A stretch of 49,976 nt of DNA, from contig JAFGDV010000029.1 of assembly GCA_016931955.1 (NCBI GenBank), positions 1 to 49,976 of the forward strand, written 5' to 3'. Each line of letters begins with the position of its first letter. The stretch's first letter is position 1. This stretch comes from Candidatus Altiarchaeota archaeon (GTDB lineage Archaea > Altiarchaeota > Altiarchaeia > IMC4 > QMZM01). The notes beneath the pieces are model-generated. The model had not been told where the DNA came from and searched no databases. It worked only from the letters and a program-made list of their open reading frames with translations. The translations under genes were made by a program, and so were the position numbers. Positions 28,446 to 37,304 of this stretch are shown here, in pieces.

Positions 28446-30723
28446 CCATCCTGCTCCACAGCAGGACTCCCGCAGATATTATTACTACGGAAGCCACGAT
28501 TATTACTGTCTGAGAGAGGATGCTAGGTTTCTCCCCTCCAGACAGGGTCGAGGTCGAGGTGCTAGCCGTCGTAGGTATGACAATAGTCGACGTTGTAGAC
28601 CCCTCTTCTCCTATGTCAAAGCATTTCCCCCCTATACAGAGCTTCACTTCCTTACCTAAAGACAGGTATCTTCCAACTTGAGGATAGTCTCTGACCATCT
28701 GAAAGTAGCTCTCACTTCCATATGCTACATTTTCCGTATCCATCTCAGGCGAGTATTCGTTGTCTACCCAAACACCATCCTTTAGGTAGAACACCTTAGC
28801 GCCTACAGACTTCACACTCTCAGAACCGCTCTCATAGACTTCAGAACCCTTCAAGTCCTGCATCTGCTCTGCTGAATGCACCGCATCAGCCCCAGTTGTT
28901 GCCTTAAATGATACACCTCCGAGAATGTCGTAAAGCAGGTTTCTTGTCTCCTCCATCCTCACCGGTTGCCCGTACTCAGTATCCACTTCCACTAGGAACG
29001 AAGTATATGGAGTCATTATCCCATACCTCAGGCTCAACCTTATTATCTCGTCCACAAGTTCCTTTTCCTCTCCATGCAATCTGATCTCATCCAGGAGGAA
29101 ACCAATCTTCCTCGTAGCCCACAGCCTGGGGATGAAGTCGTTCCCAGAATCCTGCCCAGGGAAGGTCCCCTCATAGGTGAATTTTTTTTCTTTCACACCC
29201 ACCCTCCCGCTTAGAGTGATCAATGCATCACCGCTCCCAGAATATCTCCCAAAGAGGACCAGCTGCGAGCCCCTGAACAAATCCGAGAGTTCTTTCGGAT
29301 AAATGTCCTCCACGTCAACGTTCCTGAACTCTATCTTCAGATCTGAGAGAACTGGGCTCTGTATCTTTGTATAAAAAGAGGATACTTTCACCTCTATGTC
29401 CTCCTCCGGCTTCACGTACTCCGATAAGCCCTTGTTCTGCCCTGAGACCTGATCCAGTAAATGCGTATTCACGTCATAGCCTACACCAAAGACGAACAAA
29501 CGAGTATCCTTCTTGTTGGCGTCGCCGACGTTATCCAATATCTTGCTCACCTCTGTGACTCCGACTGTTGGCCGCCCATCCGTCAAAAACACTATAATGT
29601 TTGGTTCCCCGTCCTCGTCCATCATATCCAATGCAGTTAACAAGGCCTCGTTGATGTTCGTTCCACCCATGCTCCCCATCCCATCCACAAAGTCCAACGC
29701 ATCCCCTACATGCCCCGAGTCCGCTGAAACCATCTCATCGGAGAACGTGCCTATGTTAGACTCAAAGGTTATTATATTAAAACTGTCTCCCGTGTTCAGG
29801 TTGTTTACGCAGAACCTGAGGGCGTTCTTGGCCTGCTCGATCTTTTCGCCAGCCATGCTCCCTGAGGTGTCTATGACGAAGACAATATCCTTCGCAATCA
29901 CCTCCTGTTGATCGTAGGTTGGAGCAACCATGAGCATGAAGAATCCGTCTTCTCCAGACTCTTTGTAAGTCAAAAGATTCACGCCGAAGTCTTCATCAGA
30001 GATGGTATAGTATAACTCAAAGTCTTTTTCAGGTAAGACATCCGATACTTCATAGCTCACCTCCGCGTTGTGTTCATCTATCCTTTTAACTGAGATCTCG
30101 TGTGTTGGAGAATATATTGCCTTAATGGGCTGCCTGGATTCCAGCTTCACCGTGATCAGGACGCTCTCCAAGGGCTTGGATGAGAATCTCTCCGTCTCCA
30201 GAGGATAGATGTATCTGCAGACACCGGAATCACATGTTATAATCTCTTCATAGGATAGCTTGACTCTTTTCTCTCCTGGAACGTTGCCTTTCTTCGCCGG
30301 TATCGGATAGACTCTCGCCTTGAACATGTTCCTGTCCACGTACTCCAGCAATGCGGGATCCTTCAGCCGCCTCACAATACTCTCATATATCTCCCTGGCT
30401 TCATCCTTCTCCAACAGTTCTCCCACAAGCTCTTCATCGTCTACATACATGGAAAACTTGGATATGCTGGCTCCCTCAGGTAAGGGAAAGATATAGGTGC
30501 CTTCCAGATCCCTGTGGAATTCGTTCAGGAACATCTGGTCTACCTCTGTCTTAGTGTATTGGTTGTCTACCTCGACATTAACGTGGTGGTATTTTATCGC
30601 TAAAGGAGGTACGTGCGGCACCTCCGGAATCGGCTCCGGGATAATTATGCCGTCAGAGGACACCAGTTCCATGGTAAAGGTCATGCATAGTATCAATACT
30701 AAAGCTACTCCATAGGACTTCAT
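28426..30723 (-). CDS. Exported VIT + vWA domain protein (inter-alpha-trypsin inhibitor heavy-chain-like) with C-terminal TM anchor
   Basis: Signal peptide, YIFPLP, DPALLE, MIDAS DTSGSM, GGTNI, FLTDG, TPYTSFLV; Thr/Ser linker and TM. Confidence 0.9.
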   Translation of the reverse strand: MKSYGVALVLILCMTFTMELVSSDGIIIPEPIPEVPHVPPLAIKYHHVNVEVDNQYTKTEVDQMFLNEFHRDLEGTYIFPLPEGASISKFSMYVDDEELVGELLEKDEAREIYESIVRRLKDPALLEYVDRNMFKARVYPIPAKKGNVPGEKRVKLSYEEIITCDSGVCRYIYPLETERFSSKPLESVLITVKLESRQPIKAIYSPTHEISVKRIDEHNAEVSYEVSDVLPEKDFELYYTISDEDFGVNLLTYKESGEDGFFMLMVAPTYDQQEVIAKDIVFVIDTSGSMAGEKIEQAKNALRFCVNNLNTGDSFNIITFESNIGTFSDEMVSADSGHVGDALDFVDGMGSMGGTNINEALLTALDMMDEDGEPNIIVFLTDGRPTVGVTEVSKILDNVGDANKKDTRLFVFGVGYDVNTHLLDQVSGQNKGLSEYVKPEEDIEVKVSSFYTKIQSPVLSDLKIEFRNVDVEDIYPKELSDLFRGSQLVLFGRYSGSGDALITLSGRVGVKEKKFTYEGTFPGQDSGNDFIPRLWATRKIGFLLDEIRLHGEEKELVDEIIRLSLRYGIMTPYTSFLVEVDTEYGQPVRMEETRNLLYDILGGVSFKATTGADAVHSAEQMQDLKGSEVYESGSESVKSVGAKVFYLKDGVWVDNEYSPEMDTENVAYGSESYFQMVRDYPQVGRYLSLGKEVKLCIGGKCFDIGEEGSTTSTIVIPTTASTSTSTLSGGEKPSILSQTVIIVASVVIISAGVLLWSRMGERSGG

Positions 30724-30767
30724 CTAAACCACCTCCAAAAAAAATAGAGGATAGAGGAAAAACCCCT

Positions 30768-32192
30768 CTACCACCTCTTGTATCTTATCGTATAGGTCAG
30801 TTTGGTTTCGCCGTCCTTTTTCACGGGCACACGCCACCTTATCAGGTTGTTGGATTCCTTGCTGTGTTTATGGCTTTCCTCTATGATTTCCCAGTCTCCG
30901 CCAGTTCTCTCCAGGACGGTAACAACGATGTCTTCCTCCTTATGGTTCCTCAACGTGATCTCCCAGACGTACTCGTACCAGCCTGAGAGGATGTTCATGT
31001 CCATCTGCTTTCTCTCACCGACTATGTCGAACGCCTGCCCCATTAGAAGCCTGATGGTTTCATCCTTCGGCGTATGGTCTATGGAGTCCTCTCCGATGAA
31101 CTGCAACTTATCCTCTGAGTCTTTCTTAAACACTCTCACTGTTCCCTTCGGTAACGGGATCCCGAGATTGTTTTCTTCGCTGTTGTCGAAGTTCAACATC
31201 ACGTCGATCTTCTTTTCTCCGCCGCTGGACCAGCTGCTCCCATACCACCACCACGACCGTATGTCATCGTAGACGTATTCTTTTTCCACTGCAATGTCAT
31301 TCGAGCTCAGCAATGAGATCTGCTTCTGTTCATTGTTCTTAAGCGTAGTCTTCCTCTGCAGGTCATACATGTGGTACTCAAACAACGATTCCTCCGTGAA
31401 CTGCGCAGCCTCCGGTACCGCAGACTTTGAATACATAATCTCCCTGTCAAATGCTCCCCCAGCCAGCACACGATTCACGTCGCCTGCCACCAGTTTAAGT
31501 GCAGTGTCCTTGAAGGTTGTGCCTGCGTTGTTGGTTATCGTAACCCAACCATTCAAATCCAACTTTGTATCATCAGCATTCGATACAACCACGTAGTCCG
31601 CCTTCCAGGTCATCCCAGAGGTCATATAGGACAGCTCCAGTGTGTGATTCTTTGACTCCTGGCTTTCTATCAGCCACTGCAGCGTCGGCTTCGTGATCAA
31701 TCCCTCAGGCAGCTCAGGCAGAACCAGATCATTCACTGAAACGATCTTTATCTCTCCAGTCTCATCCTTCAGTATCAGTTGGTTTCCGCTGAAGCTCAAC
31801 AGTGTTCCCTTGATCATCTCCTTACTGTCTCCTATTATCTGGTAGGCTGTTATCTCCTTATCTACGTATTTCTGCAGTATCTTGTCCCTATTAACCAAGT
31901 CATATTGGAAGTTCTGCTCCAATACCTCGATGTTCCCGTTAATCGATTTCAGTCGTACACTGGTTGTATCTATACGCGAAGCCACCCCCTCATAGAGCAC
32001 GTCATTTATTCCAGCCGACAGATAATTGGTCCGATATTCTTTCACAACGCCTAAGTCTGAGTTGTAGATTGTCACCTCCAGTTCCTCGGGCTCTGACTGA
32101 ATCCTTATCGGAGCATTCAGCAACGTCAAAGCAAGCCCAGTTGAAATCAATAAAACAAAAACCAATCCAATCGTCGTCTTATTCGTTTTCAT
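30768..32192 (-). CDS. DUF4139 domain exported protein
   Basis: ATG at 32192 with GGAGGT SD; VTIYN, LSYMT.GM.W.ADY, LPKG.VRVF, IDHTP. Confidence 0.85.
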   Translation of the reverse strand: MKTNKTTIGLVFVLLISTGLALTLLNAPIRIQSEPEELEVTIYNSDLGVVKEYRTNYLSAGINDVLYEGVASRIDTTSVRLKSINGNIEVLEQNFQYDLVNRDKILQKYVDKEITAYQIIGDSKEMIKGTLLSFSGNQLILKDETGEIKIVSVNDLVLPELPEGLITKPTLQWLIESQESKNHTLELSYMTSGMTWKADYVVVSNADDTKLDLNGWVTITNNAGTTFKDTALKLVAGDVNRVLAGGAFDREIMYSKSAVPEAAQFTEESLFEYHMYDLQRKTTLKNNEQKQISLLSSNDIAVEKEYVYDDIRSWWWYGSSWSSGGEKKIDVMLNFDNSEENNLGIPLPKGTVRVFKKDSEDKLQFIGEDSIDHTPKDETIRLLMGQAFDIVGERKQMDMNILSGWYEYVWEITLRNHKEEDIVVTVLERTGGDWEIIEESHKHSKESNNLIRWRVPVKKDGETKLTYTIRYKRW

Positions 32193-32240
32193 TTTAACCT
32201 CCAAACCACACATATTTTTATTTACTATTTTAACAGAGAC

Positions 32241-32286
32241 TATATAAACCCTTATCGATTTACTTCGGCACAGACCGAAACAATAT
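32241..32286 (-). promoter_or_regulatory. Promoter of the DUF4139 operon: TTCGG-N6-CCGAA palindrome, BRE and TATA (copy 1)
   Basis: Palindrome 32264-32279; TTTATATA on the minus strand at 32241-32248. Confidence 0.7.
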
Positions 32287-32303
32287 AAAAGTCTGTGATT
32301 ACA

Positions 32304-32334
32304 AACCACAAACTTTTTAAATATGTTTGTGGTT
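32304..32334 (+). promoter_or_regulatory. Inverted repeat straddling the TATA box of the AAA ATPase gene
   Basis: AACCACAAAC-TTTTTAAATAT-GTTTGTGGTT, perfect 10-bp arms. Confidence 0.6.
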
Positions 32335-32343
32335 ATTAATAAC

Positions 32344-33666
32344 ATGGAAACCAAGATTTTGGAGAATATCATAAAAGACCAGAAGAGGGAGATAGAAAGA
32401 AAATTTAAAGAAGAAAAAATCCTGAAACGAGAATATGTCAACTACACAAGAAAATTCTTAGAATACCCAAATATACTCGCCATTCTGGGCGTTAGAAGAG
32501 GCGGAAAATCCATTTTCTCCCTCCTGTTGTCAAAGCAGTTTGAAAGAGGGAAAGAAAAAGCAGCCTACATAAATTTTGACGATGAACGGCTCATATGGGC
32601 TAAAACAGAAGACCTCAACAAGATACTGCAGGTCTTCTATGGACTATACGGAGACGTTAAACTGATAATCCTAGACGAGGTCCAGAACATAGAGGGATGG
32701 GAGCTCTTCGCAAACAGACTTAGAAGAACAAAAAAAGTCATAATAACAGGCAGCAATTCGAGGCTATTAAGCGGAGAATTAGCCACACATCTAACAGGAA
32801 GATACATCGACCATCTCCTATACCCGTTCTCCTTCAGAGAAACACTGGACTTCAAGCCCGACATTGGTCTAACAGAAGACAACGCAAAGATCAGAAAAAA
32901 ACTGCAAGAATACATTGAAGGCAGTGGTTTCCCAGAATACAGAAAATTCGGTTCAGAAATTATATCAAGAATATATCGCGACATAATAAGCAAAGACTGT
33001 ATAAACAGATACAAGATCAGAGATGAAGAAACCTTCAGGGAGCTTGCAAACTACCTAATATCAAATTTTTCAGGTGAATTCACATACTCAAAACTTTCAA
33101 GAGTATTTGGGATAAAGGACGTCCATACAACAAAAAACTACGTGAGCTATATTAGAGACGCATTCCTTATCGTGGTTCTCGAAAGATTTTCACCAAAGTT
33201 AAAACAACAGGTTATAGCCCCAAAAAAGGTCTACGCAGTCGACCAAGGATTATGCAACTTCATTAGCTTTAAGTTATCCAAAAACCAAGGGAAAATATTC
33301 GAAAACATTGTCTGCATAGATTTGTTAAGAGAAAAATCCGTAAACTCTCACGTGGGGGTCTACTACTGGAAAGATCATCAGGGAAGAGAAGTCGACTTCG
33401 TTGTAAAAGAAAAGTCAAAGATTAAGGAACTAATCCAAGTCTGCTATGACATCGAAGACTTGGAAACAAAAGAACGAGAAATCAATGCCTTAATCAGAGC
33501 AGGAGAAGAATTAAGATGCAACAACCTAACAGTAGTAACAGACGACTATGAGGCAGAAGAAACCACTGAAAACCAAAAAACAAAAAGAAAGATAAGATTC
33601 ATTCCCCTATGGAGGTGGCTGCTAAGAGAAAAATTATCGGATACTATCACTCCAATTCTACGATAA
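32344..33666 (+). CDS. AAA_14 ATPase with DUF4143 C-terminal domain (COG1373)
   Basis: GVRRGGKS, LDEVQ, ITGSN, GFPE, KKVYAVDQG, FEN, EVDFV. Confidence 0.9.
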   Translation: METKILENIIKDQKREIERKFKEEKILKREYVNYTRKFLEYPNILAILGVRRGGKSIFSLLLSKQFERGKEKAAYINFDDERLIWAKTEDLNKILQVFYGLYGDVKLIILDEVQNIEGWELFANRLRRTKKVIITGSNSRLLSGELATHLTGRYIDHLLYPFSFRETLDFKPDIGLTEDNAKIRKKLQEYIEGSGFPEYRKFGSEIISRIYRDIISKDCINRYKIRDEETFRELANYLISNFSGEFTYSKLSRVFGIKDVHTTKNYVSYIRDAFLIVVLERFSPKLKQQVIAPKKVYAVDQGLCNFISFKLSKNQGKIFENIVCIDLLREKSVNSHVGVYYWKDHQGREVDFVVKEKSKIKELIQVCYDIEDLETKEREINALIRAGEELRCNNLTVVTDDYEAEETTENQKTKRKIRFIPLWRWLLREKLSDTITPILR

Positions 33667-33720
33667 ATAATGAGCCTTCAGGGAATGGAGAAACCCTAAG
33701 AAATAACACGAACAGGTAAG

Positions 33721-33757
33721 CCTTATCGGTTTAATTCGGCTTAGACCGAAACAATAT
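33721..33757. repeat. Copy 2 of the TTCGG-N6-CCGAA element, lacking the TATA box
   Basis: 33/37 identity to 32250-32286. Confidence 0.8.
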
Positions 33758-33801
33758 CTCCTGTATGTGAATTTATTTACGGAATCCCAGTCCTTAATGA
33801 T

Positions 33802-34023
33802 ATGGAATACAAAACAATAGAGGCCAAAATACCCAAAAAGCTTTATGAGAACATCGAGGAGAGGATAAAACTTGGCTTGTATGACAGCGTCGACGATGTT
33901 GTCAGCGACGCTTTGAAGAAGATGAGCGCAGAGCAAAGCAGAAACTTCCTGAGGAGACTAGCGAAGCTGGCAATGATATCGGAGAAAGACATGTTGAGAG
34001 AGTTAGAGAAGGTAAGAGGATGA
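33802..34023 (+). CDS. Ribbon-helix-helix (CopG-like) antitoxin
   Basis: 73 aa, IPKKL...I...G.Y.S..DVV..AL; ATGA overlap with the PIN gene. Confidence 0.75.
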   Translation: MEYKTIEAKIPKKLYENIEERIKLGLYDSVDDVVSDALKKMSAEQSRNFLRRLAKLAMISEKDMLRELEKVRG

Positions 34024-34454
34024 GGAAGATCAGGATATTCGTTGACGGCAACATACTCATATCTGGAACATTCTTTTCCGGCTTAGAGAGCAAATTACTT
34101 AACCTTGGCGGAGTTGAGCTTATCACAGCCGACATCTGTGTCAGCGAGGTTACGGAGGTCGTGAGGAGGAAATTCAAGGACCTCGGCACTGAAACACAAG
34201 TCGCCGCCTTGGAAGCACTCAGCAGATCATTGATTGGTGTGACAATCATCCCAGTCCAACAATACAAAGAAAAAACAGGAAACGCCAAAAAACTCATAGA
34301 CAAGAGAAATGACCAGAGAGTTCTTGCAGCCGTTTTATCCGTCAGACCAGACTACTTCATATCCGGCGACAGAGATTTCCATAATGAGGAGATCAAAACA
34401 AAAGTCAATCTGTCCTCCACCAGACAGATTCTCAAAGACCTGAATGCAATATAG
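34020..34454 (+). CDS. PIN-domain toxin (VapC-like)
   Basis: IFVDGNILIS, E, D..VLAA, ISGDRDF acidic residues. Confidence 0.85.
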   Translation: MRKIRIFVDGNILISGTFFSGLESKLLNLGGVELITADICVSEVTEVVRRKFKDLGTETQVAALEALSRSLIGVTIIPVQQYKEKTGNAKKLIDKRNDQRVLAAVLSVRPDYFISGDRDFHNEEIKTKVNLSSTRQILKDLNAI

Positions 34455-34521
34455 CCGATCTATCAAAGAGCTACTACCAAAGAAGCCTACAATCGTTTCA
34501 GCGGAAACTTATTAAGAACTC

Positions 34522-35619
34522 TCACTCAAGTATTTCGAAGCCTGTGACTTCTATACCTTCTCCCATATATGTTCCTTCTCTCATATACCCTCTTAGCTTG
34601 GCTCTCTTTCCCTGTTCTTTCCATAATCTCTCGAAGACCTCGATATTTTCAGTAGTAATAACGTATGTGACATCTTCGTCTGTTATAATAACTAGTCGAT
34701 TAAAAGGTTCGTTGCCTATTACGGCGATCTCACCCCCCACAGTAATCTCTCTTTCTTTAATCGTGAACTCGTTAGAGTAGACCGTAAAAGTATCATATAA
34801 TCCAACATTTCTCTGACAGGATCTACCAAAACTTAATTTAAGTCTATATCTGCCAGGATTTAACGATTCTCCAATAAAATCAGTAGGCATCCTGCTAAAG
34901 TTTATGTCTTCTACTTTGCTAATGCATTCCAGAGAACGCAGGCATTTTGCCGCAGTAGCATCAGCTGGAAAATAATGCCATTTAACATCTCCCCATTCAT
35001 TATTCTCAAATCGCTGCAAAAAAGGCACTGAAGACTGCTGTTCTTCCTGGTAATGATCTCCTAAATCATCAGCACATCTTCGTTGAGTTAAAAATACATC
35101 TAAGCTACTGTTATTCTTTATAGTAAAGCTAATCTCTTCACCCTGCTCATACTCGGTCTTGTCCGTGGAGACGGTTACTCCCTGGTCTTGAATGCTGCAG
35201 TTACATAATAGCAATAGTTCTTCTCCGGTTTTGTTCAATTTCTCTGCCCGACCATCCAAATACCTTAGAGTATCCGTCAGATTCCCTGATCTTTCAGCAT
35301 AATAACAGATGCCCTCACATAGAGGTATCTTTTCTACAGCACATTGACCTTCCCTGCAAACAGGCAGATCCTCGGTTAAAGGATAAATGCAGCTAGCAAG
35401 CGGACAAGAAACTCCAAAGCATTTAATAGTCTTAGTTAACTTTATGAAATCCGCTGACCCCTTATTAACAACATCGGTGTGACCTCCGCATAAGCAGCAG
35501 CAACCATCACACACCATTACGCAGTCACTATCGACCGAACAGGATTTTTTATCCGTAACGCACCCACTCAACAGGATGAATGCACTTACCAAAATTCCAA
35601 CCAGGATTTTGTATCTCAT
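34522..35619 (-). CDS. Cys-rich multidomain lipoprotein
   Basis: ATG at 35619, lipobox LLSGC, Cys cluster, TDKTEYEQGE...YSNEFTIK Ig-like module. Confidence 0.75.
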   Translation of the reverse strand: MRYKILVGILVSAFILLSGCVTDKKSCSVDSDCVMVCDGCCCLCGGHTDVVNKGSADFIKLTKTIKCFGVSCPLASCIYPLTEDLPVCREGQCAVEKIPLCEGICYYAERSGNLTDTLRYLDGRAEKLNKTGEELLLLCNCSIQDQGVTVSTDKTEYEQGEEISFTIKNNSSLDVFLTQRRCADDLGDHYQEEQQSSVPFLQRFENNEWGDVKWHYFPADATAAKCLRSLECISKVEDINFSRMPTDFIGESLNPGRYRLKLSFGRSCQRNVGLYDTFTVYSNEFTIKEREITVGGEIAVIGNEPFNRLVIITDEDVTYVITTENIEVFERLWKEQGKRAKLRGYMREGTYMGEGIEVTGFEILE

Positions 35620-35646
35620 CGCACCAGTAAATACTTTATTAGATAG

Positions 35647-35690
35647 ATATAAACCATTATCGATTTCTTTAGGCTGAAACCGAAATAGTA
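35647..35690 (-). promoter_or_regulatory. Copy 3 of the palindrome, BRE and TATA element, upstream of the lipoprotein gene
   Basis: TTAGG-CTGAAA-CCGAA at 35669-35684 with the same spacing to TTTATAT as in copy 1. Confidence 0.65.
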
Positions 35691-35694
35691 AACC

Positions 35695-36090
35695 ATGCCG
35701 ACTGTTGTTATTGACACGAATCTCATAATTGCAGGCAGATGGAAGAAGCAGAGCAGCTCCAACAGGATAATAGATATGGTGATAGAAGGGGAACTCGACG
35801 CCGTGTATACTACAGAGGTGAAGGATGAGAACCTTTTCATCCTGGAGAAGGTCAAGGCTCCGAAGGACTACTTGGATAAGATCCTGAGGTTTTACAGGCA
35901 TTCAAAGAAGGTTTATCCAGATAGAAAAATCACCGCATGTAGGGATAAAGCAGATAACAGGTTCCTGGAGGCTGCTGTAGCAGGTAAGGCAGATTACATC
36001 ATCACCAGTGACAGACATCTTCTGGAACTGAAAGAATTTGAGGGAATAAAGATCCTGAAGCCCGGGAGCTTTGAAAGAGAATTCATGTAG
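35695..36090 (+). CDS. PIN family toxin-like protein
   Basis: VVIDTNLII, CRD..DNRFLEAA, IITSDRHLL. Confidence 0.88.
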   Translation: MPTVVIDTNLIIAGRWKKQSSSNRIIDMVIEGELDAVYTTEVKDENLFILEKVKAPKDYLDKILRFYRHSKKVYPDRKITACRDKADNRFLEAAVAGKADYIITSDRHLLELKEFEGIKILKPGSFEREFM

Positions 36091-37267
36091 TGCAGGTGTT
36101 GTTGACGCACTTGCAATCGCTATCATCTTGACAGATAACTGGCGGGCATGGCTCATCACAAAAATCCGGGCAACCGCAACGCTCATATAACATGATTAAT
36201 CCCAAGTTTTCTCTATGTATAAAGTTCGCACAACCAGTGAATTGGTGCAGGCATATGCAGTCACTTTCAGTCTCGCAATACGTCTCATTCTCTATGTATT
36301 CAATCTTCGGGTACTTAGTGAGAATTTCGCCGGATGTTGCATTGACTGCTATTCTAACTGCCATCGAATACGTTGAATGCCAGCTTTCTCCAGTCCAGTA
36401 AGCAACGAGCCAGTTATCGTTCTCCGTCTGTATGCACTTACATTCTCCCCCATAGACTTTTACCTCTGCACAGCAATCCTGAATTGCGGTCAGATTTGCA
36501 TCAGGATATAACTTCAGAAACTCCTGGACTTCCTCGGTTGCATTGGCTATGGATATTGCTTCCTCAATTGTAATCTTTGACTGAGTGTAATTGCATTCTC
36601 CTCTGTAGAACGCCCATTCCTCGCACTCTGAGCCGTCTGGGAATACGCAGACTCCATAGCTGCCGTTTTCGTCAGTCCTTATCTCCAACCCAAAGCCCTG
36701 CTCCTCGCAGTAGACCGAGGCAGGATTAGATAGTCCTGTAGTAAGGTTCTGCATGCATTCCATGTAGGCAGTATTATCCTCCCACCGGCATCTCCCGTCA
36801 ACGCATCTGCAAGACGTGAGCCTTAAGCAGTCATATTCTGGCCGGTATTCGCAGGAGGTTATGATATCCTTAACTATTTCCTTCAGGCCGCAGACCTGGC
36901 CCGAGCAGCCGCCTGTTCCGCAGTCTGAGTCGTTGCTACATTCAGGAGGCTCCTCATATACCTCAACGCATCTGCCATTCCGGTACTCACATCCTGAGAC
37001 ATTATATTGTTGAAGACAGTTTATTCCACAGATTCTGCCGGTCTTTTCCTCCGGGGCCTCCCCTTTCAGGTAACACTTGCAGTCGCATAAGCTTAGATAG
37101 CAGTTACCACAGCCCCAGACGCACTTGTTGTCTATGCACAGCCAGTCGCTGGTACAGTTCACATGAGGCTGGCCCTCACAGTCTCTTGGAAGATTACAAC
37201 CCTCCCGCTCAACGCAGCCCAAAGAGAGTATAGATGCCAGAAGTAAAAGACACAGTATTCTCTTCAT
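36083..37267 (-). CDS. Cys-rich lipoprotein with eight-cysteine-cluster and DUF333 domains
   Basis: Lipobox LSLGC; C..DSDC.TGGCSGQVC...TSCEY..EY.C; NPASVYCEEQG...CEEWAFYRGEC. Confidence 0.85.
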   Translation of the reverse strand: MKRILCLLLLASILSLGCVEREGCNLPRDCEGQPHVNCTSDWLCIDNKCVWGCGNCYLSLCDCKCYLKGEAPEEKTGRICGINCLQQYNVSGCEYRNGRCVEVYEEPPECSNDSDCGTGGCSGQVCGLKEIVKDIITSCEYRPEYDCLRLTSCRCVDGRCRWEDNTAYMECMQNLTTGLSNPASVYCEEQGFGLEIRTDENGSYGVCVFPDGSECEEWAFYRGECNYTQSKITIEEAISIANATEEVQEFLKLYPDANLTAIQDCCAEVKVYGGECKCIQTENDNWLVAYWTGESWHSTYSMAVRIAVNATSGEILTKYPKIEYIENETYCETESDCICLHQFTGCANFIHRENLGLIMLYERCGCPDFCDEPCPPVICQDDSDCKCVNNTCTT

Positions 37268-37304
37268 CCTCGGTTACAATATTAGAGAAAGAAGTTAAAA
37301 GGTA

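Noticed and set aside
32193-32441. 83-aa N-terminal extension of the DUF4139 ORF in the track
   Set aside because: It overlaps the promoter elements and the opposite-strand ATPase; the ATG at 32192 has an SD and begins a signal peptide
33658-33936. 92-aa minus-strand ORF spanning element copy 2
   Set aside because: It is antisense to the antitoxin, runs through the regulatory repeat and has no motifs
32250-35690. Repeats read as a CRISPR array or integron attC sites
   Set aside because: Spacing is 1.5-1.9 kb, there are no cas or integrase genes, and no GTTRRRY/RYYYAAC attC structure
35620-35901. 94-aa N-terminal extension of the lipoprotein ORF
   Set aside because: It is antisense to the PIN gene; the lipobox signal starts at ATG 35619
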